A stretch of 64,000 nucleotides of DNA from Porphyridium purpureum (lineage: Eukaryota): the NCBI GenBank assembly GCA_008690995.1, contig VRMN01000001.1:3038001-3102000 (forward strand), given 5' to 3'. Each line of letters starts with the position of its first letter. Position 1 is the stretch's first letter. This document shows, piece after piece, positions 54,401 to 62,632 of this stretch. The position numbers and the translations under genes are program-made. The notes beneath the pieces are model-generated. The model ran no database searches. It saw nothing but the letters and a program-made list of their open reading frames with translations, and was not told the origin of the DNA.

Positions 54401-54603
54401 ATCATATGGCGATAACCCGAGCAACAGATTTGGCCTGGTTGCATCAGGTGTGCGAAAAGCAGAAACTTGTGAAACTGGCATTTGTGAAGACGGACGAAAA
54501 TGTGGCGGACTTAATGACCAAGGCCTTATTTCCGGAGGGCCACATTAAGTGCTGGGAGAAGTTACGCGTCCCTCAGACCGGAAGGAGGAGCGTGGAATTT
54601 TAG
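51391..54603 (+). CDS. pol: Outer element pol: protease - integrase - RT - RNase H (copia order)
   Basis: FLIDSGASHNF; HELTH..CETC; IDLV / RTDDGNEF / QERFHH; FDISSAYL, KALYGLPRSG, LYVDD; YTDADFAG, STSESE, CDNQ, ADLMTKAL. The stop codon lies inside the 3' LTR. Confidence 0.93.
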   Translation, partial: GKLRPREPRQEEISRGMEPPVMGVVEGVAHEGARSRLFYKHGKVSGSKIDFLIDSGASHNFLGSRFLDASVKSSCDECMVELAGGQRMKVHGPIVLAVDLGFWIGNVEFYIGPIRMDAILGWKWLKMVNPKIDWQKGLMETRPEGKEICTLENVEEVVPELDGKNQSVAASEHELTHMPMQRDCETCVVAKIKRRPARRLEKDVSALSFNDEVGIDLVEPGRNVKSVDGSKFILTHIDRATGWVTLAGLRAKTHTAVADAWKSVQAGRGWPKVLRTDDGNEFKGDVGRLVREHLIKHEVGIPYRPNSHAEQERFHHTLNQGIRANLVQAGLGKRWFMHAAQHFAFMTNRLHVGRKSGKTPFELRHGEKWSPRNLSLPFGCKVVYKDDQPDNKYAPRGKVGILVGVGEHPMAILVLPRDDWTSETPKVIRTQDFKAFTHEFPLKGIEREMVSLSQQEELPEVDEPSAVEAVQDLDRRIDALRAREAELEKEIEALKVRVVDEERAAGTGGPVTIPQLNLTALLKTGAALASEQGRAAMEKEVKSMLKFGVWDESPLTLEEARRQPGARFVRTHFIFGLKFAEMPEEFRKVKCRLVAGGNRIWGSDGAATNDIFDYETPAGLSAIRMIIAVAAILGLQIVSFDISSAYLHADLSGPPTFAYLPREICDSKDTVVRLRKALYGLPRSGSDFSQDARRRLQKFQWKLVHGEKNVYVRRNAASSSVALLALYVDDGLLACREEERPGIIEELKQEFLIEKAPELLTEGGSLRFLGTSISLKNGSVSLANQEYQDVVIREFEQDIRRVLRAVKSPSEKLDGEEVLNYQVIWKTLKVREHVGRLMWLARTVRPDIAYAVGMIARYVDKWNVAAERLLVRVVQYLKTPREALEYHVLGNLKEGIRMVNILGYTDADFAGCPESRVSTSGRATYLVAGDYKYLVDWSSRKQRFVSSSTSESELAALEETVQLSLFPALSFLRSIRDGEFSVILMCDNQAVMRAIEMGYSPKLHHMAITRATDLAWLHQVCEKQKLVKLAFVKTDENVADLMTKALFPEGHIKCWEKLRVPQTGRRSVEF

Positions 54604-55387
54604 GGTTCCGCCCCGAGAGACGCCGTAGGGTTTTGAGTACAAAACCCTAGAAAGTTCTATGATGAAAGATTGTTCGAGAAGCGTGATGATCTCGGACCTG
54701 CGAAATGTTTGTCATTGTCGTTTTGTGTGGCCTTGTGCAAAGGTCAAAGGCCGGCCGAAGCTTCTGGATTCGTTCTTGACGCGCCCTCCCGGCCATTTTC
54801 CGGATACGTGGCCGGCTGTGGTTGCGAGTTGTGGAACGAATCAAAACCTGTGGTGGAAATTCGTCCTGTTGGAGAAATTTGTTCTCCCGTCCTTGCTGGA
54901 AAGAGCAAGGACGAAGGGTATAAAAGGACGAAGGGGCAAGCTGGTTCCCAGGAATTTCCAGGTCAAGGTAGAAGAAGAGGTAAGGGCAAATAGAATAAAA
55001 AGAGAATTGGTTAGTTGGATTGAGGCAGTCGTTGGAAGACTTGGGTTGGATTTGCGGGAGAGGCACGCTAGCGTGTTGTGCGAGCGGATATCGGTCTGGA
55101 GTGTTTTTAAAAAGGCAGCTGGGGTTTAAACGTACCTTCCATCACCCTTCACTTGTCAAGACCGGTCCACTCCCTCTCGTAGTCCCCTATAAGTTGAATT
55201 TTCTGTCCTCTCTTCCTTTCTAGCCACTTTTCTCTGATTGTCCTGCTTGTCCTTCCGTTCGTTTCGGTGTGTCGGTTCGTCGTCGGTTTGTCAGTTTCCG
55301 GGGTGTGGCGGTTTCCAGTTCCTGTTATCGGTGAAGCGGTCCGGTTTTGTTGATTCGGTTACAAAGCAGAAAGGGAGAAATTCCAAG
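54591..55387 (+). repeat. Outer element 3' LTR (797 bp)
   Basis: Preceded by PPT GGAAGGAGGAG and followed by TSD TTCTT. Sub-terminal inverted repeat TGGAATTT/AAATTCCA. Confidence 0.95.
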
Positions 55388-55703
55388 TTCTTATTCGATT
55401 CTGAACTGTACCTTAAAGCGGCAGGTGCTTCGGAGTCGGGTGTACAGTCAGCTTGAAGGCGTGATCGGAAATCTGGCTCCCCCCGACAGGACCCACCGAG
55501 CACGAAACCAGTTGTTCATGTCCATGCTACATTTGACTCTTCCCGCTGGCTCTCACTCCCAATCGACGACCAACACATTGGCCACGCTCGGCACGGAGCT
55601 TCCGATCTGGTCGGCAGAAACCCATGCACACTATTTTCACGTCCCTTGCGGCTGCCCGACACTAGCATCTATCCACATCCGTGGTCGAACGTAACCACAT
55701 TTT

Positions 55704-55732
55704 TTCTCGGTTCTCGGTTCTCGGTTCTCGGT
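55704..55732 (+). repeat. (TTCTCGG)x4 microsatellite
   Basis: ttctcggttctcggttctcggttctcggtt. Confidence 0.85.
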
Positions 55733-55917
55733 TAGCGCCGAGCCATGAAACCGTTTCGACACTGTACTCTCTTCACCAATGTACTGAACTCGTGTGTGTT
55801 GTCGTGTGCGTGTTCTGTGCAAGCAGGTGTGTCCGATGGCTGGTAGAACGGAAGGAGGAAGGGGGAGGCAAGTGTGAGTTGGAGTGGGCCACGCTCGAGT
55901 GGTCGTGCAACCAAGCA

Positions 55918-57009
55918 ATGGAGACAGAACAGGACGCTGGTGCTGGGACGGCCTCGTTTCAAGAGGTGGATGGAGCGTCCGATGGACCGCGAGAAGGTGC
56001 GGCGACAGTCAGTGGAGTGGAGGCCGCTGCGGCGCCAGCCGGTAACGCGAACCAAGGCCTGACAGCACCCGAAGCGCGTGTTGACGCGATGGCTGCAACG
56101 CAGGCCGCCGCAGTTGAGTTGCTGGGCTCCTTTAACGAGGCAATGAGCGCGTGGCTTGGACTGGGAGGAGCAAGTGCCGACAAGTCAGCGCCGGACCGAG
56201 CGATCGGTGAGCTGTCGGCCGACGGCCTGGAAACAACGCTGGTGCCCGGGAGCACGGTCGCCGCGCGGGAGCCAGCAGACCCAGACAGTGCCGCGCACAT
56301 GGATCAAGCGGCAACGGAAATTCTTGCTGGCTTCCAGAAACAGTTCGAGGCGCTGACCTCGCAGATGCGATCGTTCAACGCCGAAGAGCAGCGCGAGCTC
56401 CTCAGAAAGCAGAGCGAGGCTTTTCTGTCGAACGCGAGGGGCGCCATCGAGAATTTCGACGCAGAAAAACTCAGGGCGCAGACCAGCCAGTTTCTGGCGC
56501 ACGCGCAAACCGTGGTAGCGAATGAGGGAGCGGATGATCCCCTGGCGAGCGTGGACAGTAGCGAGCTCAAGGCGCCTTGGGATGACCTCGGCGCGGACGA
56601 GCAGCTGTACGCGGAGAAAATGCGCGAAGAGGCCATCAAGCTCGTGGTGGACTGTATCTATTCGAAAAAGTACCGCGAGAAGTTCTTCCTGGGAGAGCTG
56701 GATCTGACGGCGGTAAAGCCGTTTCCGATGACATCCGAGAACCGCATGCGTGCCAAGGGCGCCATGCTGCACGACAAGAATCTGGCGCGTCTTTTCGCTG
56801 GCATGGTGCCAAAGTATATTTCGCACGAGGATGATTTTTGGGCGCGGTACTTTTACAACATGGAGCGCATACTGACCGCTTTGATTGACGGAAAAGGCGA
56901 GATGAAAAAGAGTGAGGAAGATATCCAGGAGGAGAAGGCAATACGCACAGAAGTCTCGGCGGAAAAGAGGCGGGACTGGGATACCGAAATTGATGAAATC
57001 TTCTCCTAG
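55918..57009 (+). CDS. BSD-domain protein
   Basis: DKNLARLFAGMVPKYISHEDDFWARYFY matches the BSD FW..YF signature. ATG at 55918. Confidence 0.8.
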   Translation: METEQDAGAGTASFQEVDGASDGPREGAATVSGVEAAAAPAGNANQGLTAPEARVDAMAATQAAAVELLGSFNEAMSAWLGLGGASADKSAPDRAIGELSADGLETTLVPGSTVAAREPADPDSAAHMDQAATEILAGFQKQFEALTSQMRSFNAEEQRELLRKQSEAFLSNARGAIENFDAEKLRAQTSQFLAHAQTVVANEGADDPLASVDSSELKAPWDDLGADEQLYAEKMREEAIKLVVDCIYSKKYREKFFLGELDLTAVKPFPMTSENRMRAKGAMLHDKNLARLFAGMVPKYISHEDDFWARYFYNMERILTALIDGKGEMKKSEEDIQEEKAIRTEVSAEKRRDWDTEIDEIFS

Positions 57010-57326
57010 GCAGTCTCGACGTTGCACTCGTTTCTCGCTGAACTAGCTTTGTACCAATTCCCCCCAAGTCGCCTCATTCGCATAGCTGCGTTGGGCACCT
57101 AAGATTCATGGACGACGAATACTCTAAATTCTTTACCTCGAAATACAGGTCCTCGTAGCAGAAACGAACCAGAATGCATCCACGGGCTCTCAAGCCAGAG
57201 ACGGCCACTATCGGAGGCGTGGAACTGAAATAAAAACTTCAGAAGAACTGCATGGAAGCAAAGGTTGAAAAGGTAAACACACGCAACCTGTAGCAAGTAC
57301 GAGCGCCCCCTTTTCTCCGTCTCGAA

Positions 57327-57782
57327 TTAAACGAGCGAGATTTGGCCCATGGGCGCGTTATCGCCCTTTCGGGGCATGGTCCTTTGAACTCGCGTGTACC
57401 CGCCATTTCTGTCGGCATAGCGCTCCGGCACACCATCGAAGAGGGCCGACACGAGCTCCTTGTCGTAGATGTACGCAAGCGCCTGCCGCCGGGCGTGCAG
57501 GGAGTTGTCCTTGGCGAGCGTGATCATGTGATCCGCGGTCTTGCGCACCTCCTTGCACCGCGCGAGCGTGGTTGTGATGCTTCCGTGTCGGATGAGCTCG
57601 GTGGTGAGCGCGCGAAGCATTGCCTTTCTCTGGTCGGCGGGCTTGTTCAGCTTACGGCCGCGCACGCCGTGTCGCATCATGGTCATGGGCGCCGCGGCGC
57701 CGCACGTCGCTCGGGGCGCGTCCACCGGCGTCGCCACGGCCTTGGTTCCGAAGAACCCGCTCACAAATCCCAGACCTGCCAT
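57327..57782 (-). CDS. rpl17: Nucleus-encoded plastid 50S ribosomal protein L17 (bL17c)
   Basis: [37 protein letters not shown]...[20 protein letters not shown]. Transit peptide MAGLGFV.... Confidence 0.93.
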   Translation of the reverse strand: MAGLGFVSGFFGTKAVATPVDAPRATCGAAAPMTMMRHGVRGRKLNKPADQRKAMLRALTTELIRHGSITTTLARCKEVRKTADHMITLAKDNSLHARRQALAYIYDKELVSALFDGVPERYADRNGGYTRVQRTMPRKGDNAPMGQISLV

Positions 57783-58304
57783 CTTCCCGCGCTCGCACCG
57801 CTGTCCCTCCCTCTCTCTGCGTCGCAATGCCCACTTGGCGACTCCAAATCGTTTCTCAATCCCTCTTCCTCCCTCCCGCACCCCTCCCGTACGCCGCACG
57901 CACGTGCACGTGAAAAAAAGGGGCAAGTTTGCGTTCTCATATGAAAACACGCCCATTTACAAGCAAGTGCGCGTTTTGGTTTCGACCTCGTCGAGACCTC
58001 GCTTTCGGACACGCCCGCGCGGCCCAAACATCCTACATGCACAAACTGTACCTCGTCTGATAAATCGCAGCTGTTTTAGTAGACGCATGCCGCGCGCGCT
58101 GCTTGTATCTGCGCTGCGACGGCGCCGTTCCGCGCTTTTGTGATTTTCGCAAGCTGCGTCACTAGGCTATGACTGTACTCGCACGCACCCACGGTGTACA
58201 CCGCCAAGGTGAACCACCATTCAACTGCAGGGATGACAAACGAATGGACAGTGCAGACGTTCGCTCGCGTGCGACGGGTCTGGCCATGTGCATGCACAAG
58301 GACT

Positions 58305-59993
58305 CTAGCGCTTCAGCGAGGCGGCTGCCGCGGCGCTGTGCTGCGCCAGCTGCAAGTAGCGCGCGCCCTTGGATTTGGCCACGGGCTGCGACGATGCGCC
58401 GCTGGCTCCGGCCTTTGACTTGATGATGCTGGAATGCGGACTGCCCGGCTGCAACGAGCGAGAATGCTGCGAGCCTGCCTGGCGTCCGCGAGAGACTTCC
58501 GCATTCAGGCGCCCACGTACTGACACCGCTGCCGTCATGCGGTGCCTATCAGTGCTCGTCTGGTGCGAGCTCGCTCGCCCAGACTCAACGTTCTGACTCA
58601 GTTTCACGCTCAGTACCGGTTCATCTGCCTTGGACCCGCACGCGCCGCGGAGTGTGCCGTCCCACGAGCCGTCCCCGCTGCCCAAGTCCATCTCAAGAAT
58701 CTCCGAGACGTCATACAGAATCGCAAGGGTGTCCTTGTTCAGCCCGCTAAATGTAGGCCCTGTTACAAGTTCGTCCAGATTGTACGAAAACGACGAATCA
58801 ACGCAAGGCTCCATCCGGAGCCCAGAGAGCCCGTGCCAGTATCTTGACAATCGTTTCTCAGCCATCTTGAGCTGCTTTTCCTCGCCAGCCAGAACGCACT
58901 TTTCACTTTCGAGCAGTACAAATACCAGTTGTACAAACGCGATGCGCGCAACCCGTGCCACGGCCAGTTTACCTTCCGGTAAGGGTGCGTCAGCGACCTT
59001 TCTGCCCACCCTGTTGAGCATCTCTATGACGTCCTCCGGATCCCATATCAGTGGTGCGCAGACATCCAAAACAAATTGAAAGCTGGTCTGGCGACAACAA
59101 TGAAGCAACGCACTGATCAGCGCGAGCGTCCGATCTGGTTCAAAAAGGGACGGTCGCTGGTGCGTGCCTGTTCTCACATTTTCCCGCTGCCGAGGGTTCA
59201 TATAGCTGCAGACCGCGCCGAGCGTTCCTTGCGCAGCAATGGACAGTGAAGCAGGGAGCGCCCGCACCCACGCGGAAAATGCAACCATATCACCAAGATC
59301 TGCGTCAATGCTTGCCAGTAAGAAGCCGTCAAGGGCCCCTGAATTCAAAGCGACGCCGGTGGCATAGTCTCGATCTTTGTCCAGGGTGCTTTGCTCCTTG
59401 TCAGCCTCCAAAGCAACGGCGCATGCCTTCTGGCCACGCACCACAACGCTGTTCTTATGTTCAGGCACCTTGACCATCACTGCACTTGATGCAGAGCGCG
59501 GTATCAGCAGCGAAAACTCGGGAGAGAAACCCAGGTCAGCTGGGCCTAGCCTCTCGACCACAAGGCAAGACGCTTTGAGCGCAAGGACGCCCGCCAAACC
59601 GATAAACAGGGCATGGTTATTGCCATCTTCTCCGGTGTCGACCACTTCCAAAAGCGTGACTCGTGCCGCTGAGATTTTCGCCACTTCCGGGGAAGGCACC
59701 GATTGCGGATGTGCTTGCTCACGGGTCACCCTTAGTTCTTGCACATTAAAGTCCGGCAAAATCGCACTCGCCTGCAGTTCATGCACGAATGCCAGCGCAA
59801 CATATTCCAAGTGGGTTTCCTCGGTCATAATCTCTTCGTGCGCAGGCGCCCGCATCCGTATGCTTATCCACTCGGTCCCGTGCGGCTGCGGCGGAATGCT
59901 GCTTTGTGCAGGAGCATTCGCAACACCTTCCCGTGACACGCAGCCAGGAATTCGGATCGCGACGGAACTCATCAGTGTGGATTGCTCTGTCAT
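58305..59993 (-). CDS. Hypothetical protein (about 562 aa)
   Basis: Long ORF with globular-looking composition. No family recognised. Confidence 0.65.
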   Translation of the reverse strand: MTEQSTLMSSVAIRIPGCVSREGVANAPAQSSIPPQPHGTEWISIRMRAPAHEEIMTEETHLEYVALAFVHELQASAILPDFNVQELRVTREQAHPQSVPSPEVAKISAARVTLLEVVDTGEDGNNHALFIGLAGVLALKASCLVVERLGPADLGFSPEFSLLIPRSASSAVMVKVPEHKNSVVVRGQKACAVALEADKEQSTLDKDRDYATGVALNSGALDGFLLASIDADLGDMVAFSAWVRALPASLSIAAQGTLGAVCSYMNPRQRENVRTGTHQRPSLFEPDRTLALISALLHCCRQTSFQFVLDVCAPLIWDPEDVIEMLNRVGRKVADAPLPEGKLAVARVARIAFVQLVFVLLESEKCVLAGEEKQLKMAEKRLSRYWHGLSGLRMEPCVDSSFSYNLDELVTGPTFSGLNKDTLAILYDVSEILEMDLGSGDGSWDGTLRGACGSKADEPVLSVKLSQNVESGRASSHQTSTDRHRMTAAVSVRGRLNAEVSRGRQAGSQHSRSLQPGSPHSSIIKSKAGASGASSQPVAKSKGARYLQLAQHSAAAAASLKR

Positions 59994-60200
59994 GTGACGC
60001 GGCTTCTGCAAGCCAAGTTTGGCCGACTCGCGTTTAGGTTGCCGTGCGTCGGCAACGTAAGCGAGACCAGGCGTTCGAGGACGACGAGGAACCCTTTCTT
60101 ACCGAGGGCGGCGAGAAAAGGAGCTCACGCGTGTGCGGATACCGCACATACAACTTCTGCGCACGTATGGTGACAAGGTGGTCGACCCCGACGCCTCGCT

Positions 60201-62318
60201 TTATTTGCGCGACCTCAGTGACATCGTGATCGGTGGAGACCGCATGAGCCCCTGTAGAAGGAGTATCTTCTCTTTAACTGCTCCGTCGGCCCGAAGCAAG
60301 TTGGTGGCTCGCAAATTTTGCTCTCTGGCAACTTCACGAAACACGTGCTCGAGAAAACCGGGCTGGTCTTGGGCTAGCGTACTTGTCTGCACCTGCTCTG
60401 TCTCACGATCTGATCTGCCGCAGAATACGTGGTCATGCCTCGCGCAGTTCTGTCGAACAGCTCGTTCTAAATGTATGTTCTCGCAATCACGGAGTCGGTC
60501 TTTGAGAGTATCGACTGTGCCAAACACCCTGGCGTTCTCGTCGTGAAGCGCTTCGTCAATCCAGTTCTCAGCCGTATCCGCAAAGGCAAGCGTGTCGAGC
60601 ACGGCTGCGAGCTCCGCAAGCTGGCTCCACGTTTCGCGCGCCGAGCAGAGGTCATTGCCAGCACCGTTAGCGTGATCCACGTCTGAAAACCAGCCATACG
60701 GTCCTGTGCCAAGTGCATGCAAAAGCGCGAGGCGCGACAAGTCATTCCGACTAGCATGAACGAGATACCGACGGGGCTCCAATCCAATCAAATCGGTACA
60801 GAGCGCCTCTCGCACACCAGCACGGCCGCTGCGGGTCGCGCCATGTTTCACCTCTAGCCCGTAGAACGCCAGATTCTGAGCCGCACTGCGCAAGTCGCCG
60901 CGAGCATAGGTTGTAAAAGTTGCCAATAGTCGATGCTGCTCGCGAAACCACTGCGCGCTGTCAGCCCCGGAGTTCGTTAGTTTGCTCGATGGGGTCGGCA
61001 GTACCCATTGCGCGAGCCGCTGGTATACGATAGCGTCCGCGAGCGGCGGCATACGAAAAACGCGAACGTTGGATGTATCCATGGCTTCCGACAGACTGGC
61101 GAGGACGCGGTCAGTGGTGCGGCTATCACAAGTCAGCACGATGGGCGCATTCCCTCCTGCAAGCGTTGTCAGCGCTTTCCAGAAGCCACGTTCCTCATCT
61201 TGTTGAACGTGGTCGACGTGCTCGAGCAATAGCAACGTCCGCACGCTGCTCGCCAAGTTTTGCAGGCTCTGCTCGGAATTGAGCGTGTAACTTTCAGTCA
61301 GCTCGCCGCACACGTCCATCAATTTTTTTTGCGAGCGGCAAAATGAGCCCGGATGGACCTCGAAAACACGATACGCGTGTGCTGCGCTCGCCAGGTACAC
61401 CACAGCAGACTTGCCGACGCCTTGCGGCCCGGATAGCACGCAAATCCGGCTGTTTGCAAAAGGATCTGAGGTATCAAGTGCTTGCTGCGAAATGAACCAT
61501 TCGTTGATTTCCTGCGTGACCGGGGTGTGCAGGTCTGTGAGCGAGCGGAAAAGAGCCGGATAATTGCCCAGCATCTCCATTTGACCATGGTCAAACATAC
61601 AAGGCTCTTCGCAGTTCACTGTGATACGGTGTTCTCTACACATATCGGCGTTACGTGTATCCCGGAGCGCCCGAAGACTGTTTCGTGGGTATTGAAGAGG
61701 ATCTGGATCCCGAGCTGGCCTCCCCTCAGCGCTGAGGCTGTCGTTGCTCACCAGGACAAGCGGAACCAGGGGGTTCACCTGCGATGCGTGATTACTAGTG
61801 TACATGCATGGCTCTTCCGAATTCTCGCATGGCGACTCAACATCAAGAATAGTACGAGTCGCGCTTGTGGGTTCATCATCGAGAACAATGGTCAACGAGG
61901 ATGCACCCGCAACTTTGTTGCCCACATGCACGGTGGCACACGGGTGTTCCCACGGATCCCTACGTCTCCATTCTGTATGTCTGACTTTCTTGCTGTTCGT
62001 TTTTGTAGGGTCCTGGTGATGCTCCGTTCCAATGTCCGCCTGCGTCATGAGCTTGTGCAGCTTTGTACTCAAAACCTGCGGCCGAATACGCCGTTGCAAT
62101 TTGCTTTTATAAAAGAAGTCCCGAACTTCATTCCTTGGGTCCTCCAGACTTTCCAGAACCGGCAGTGGGAGTGCAGCTACCTGGCTTGCTCGCTCACTTG
62201 CCGCTTGCGTCTGGCGAGAGCCGGACTCGCTCGCAAGTCGCTTCCACGGGCGGAAATACACATCAAACAGATCATGCTGAGGTGCAGTCCCGTGTCTACC
62301 GGCATCCTGCTCTTCCAT
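60201..62318 (-). CDS. RFC-like AAA+ clamp (un)loader subunit, most like Elg1/ATAD5
   Basis: Walker A GPQGVGKS, VFEVHPGS, Walker-B-like LLLLEHVD..DEERGFWKAL, PIVLTC and GDLRSA. Confidence 0.75.
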   Translation of the reverse strand: MEEQDAGRHGTAPQHDLFDVYFRPWKRLASESGSRQTQAASERASQVAALPLPVLESLEDPRNEVRDFFYKSKLQRRIRPQVLSTKLHKLMTQADIGTEHHQDPTKTNSKKVRHTEWRRRDPWEHPCATVHVGNKVAGASSLTIVLDDEPTSATRTILDVESPCENSEEPCMYTSNHASQVNPLVPLVLVSNDSLSAEGRPARDPDPLQYPRNSLRALRDTRNADMCREHRITVNCEEPCMFDHGQMEMLGNYPALFRSLTDLHTPVTQEINEWFISQQALDTSDPFANSRICVLSGPQGVGKSAVVYLASAAHAYRVFEVHPGSFCRSQKKLMDVCGELTESYTLNSEQSLQNLASSVRTLLLLEHVDHVQQDEERGFWKALTTLAGGNAPIVLTCDSRTTDRVLASLSEAMDTSNVRVFRMPPLADAIVYQRLAQWVLPTPSSKLTNSGADSAQWFREQHRLLATFTTYARGDLRSAAQNLAFYGLEVKHGATRSGRAGVREALCTDLIGLEPRRYLVHASRNDLSRLALLHALGTGPYGWFSDVDHANGAGNDLCSARETWSQLAELAAVLDTLAFADTAENWIDEALHDENARVFGTVDTLKDRLRDCENIHLERAVRQNCARHDHVFCGRSDRETEQVQTSTLAQDQPGFLEHVFREVAREQNLRATNLLRADGAVKEKILLLQGLMRSPPITMSLRSRK

Positions 62319-62632
62319 GCTTCTTCCCTGATGCTCGCCGTCGGCACCAGCCCGCCGTGAGGCTTTCAGATGCACACTCGTCGCCGCCACCCACGGCTTC
62401 ACACCATTTGTCCTCTTCCCTTCTCGCGCGCCCCGCCTTTTCGGTTTCGCCGTTTGTTTTTTGGGCGCGAACCAATTGAAGTACAGTCACAACTGTACAT
62501 TATCCCCTTTTGAGAAACCCTAAATCTGCGGATGTGGTTTGGTCTGAAGCGGCAAATGGTATGTGTGTGAGAGAGACAGACAAAGCGAGGAGTGATTGGA
62601 TTCTGACTGGGCGTTGGATCGGGTGGATTGAA

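Larger units (their letters stand above)
28117..55387 (+). mobile_element. Full-length LTR retrotransposon with copia domain order (PR-IN-RT-RH) and gypsy-like Gag/PR; its 5' LTR is interrupted by a gypsy nest
   Basis: 797-bp LTRs (28117-28368 + 49879-50423, and 54591-55387). TSD TTCTT at 28112-28116 and 55388-55392. PBS 50424-50435, PPT 54580-54590, intact gag and pol. Confidence 0.93.

Noticed and set aside
28119..55385. Canonical TG..CA boundaries for the outer element
   Set aside because: The flanks CTTCG and AGTTC do not match. LTR identity extends 2 nt further at both ends, where TTCTT is duplicated.
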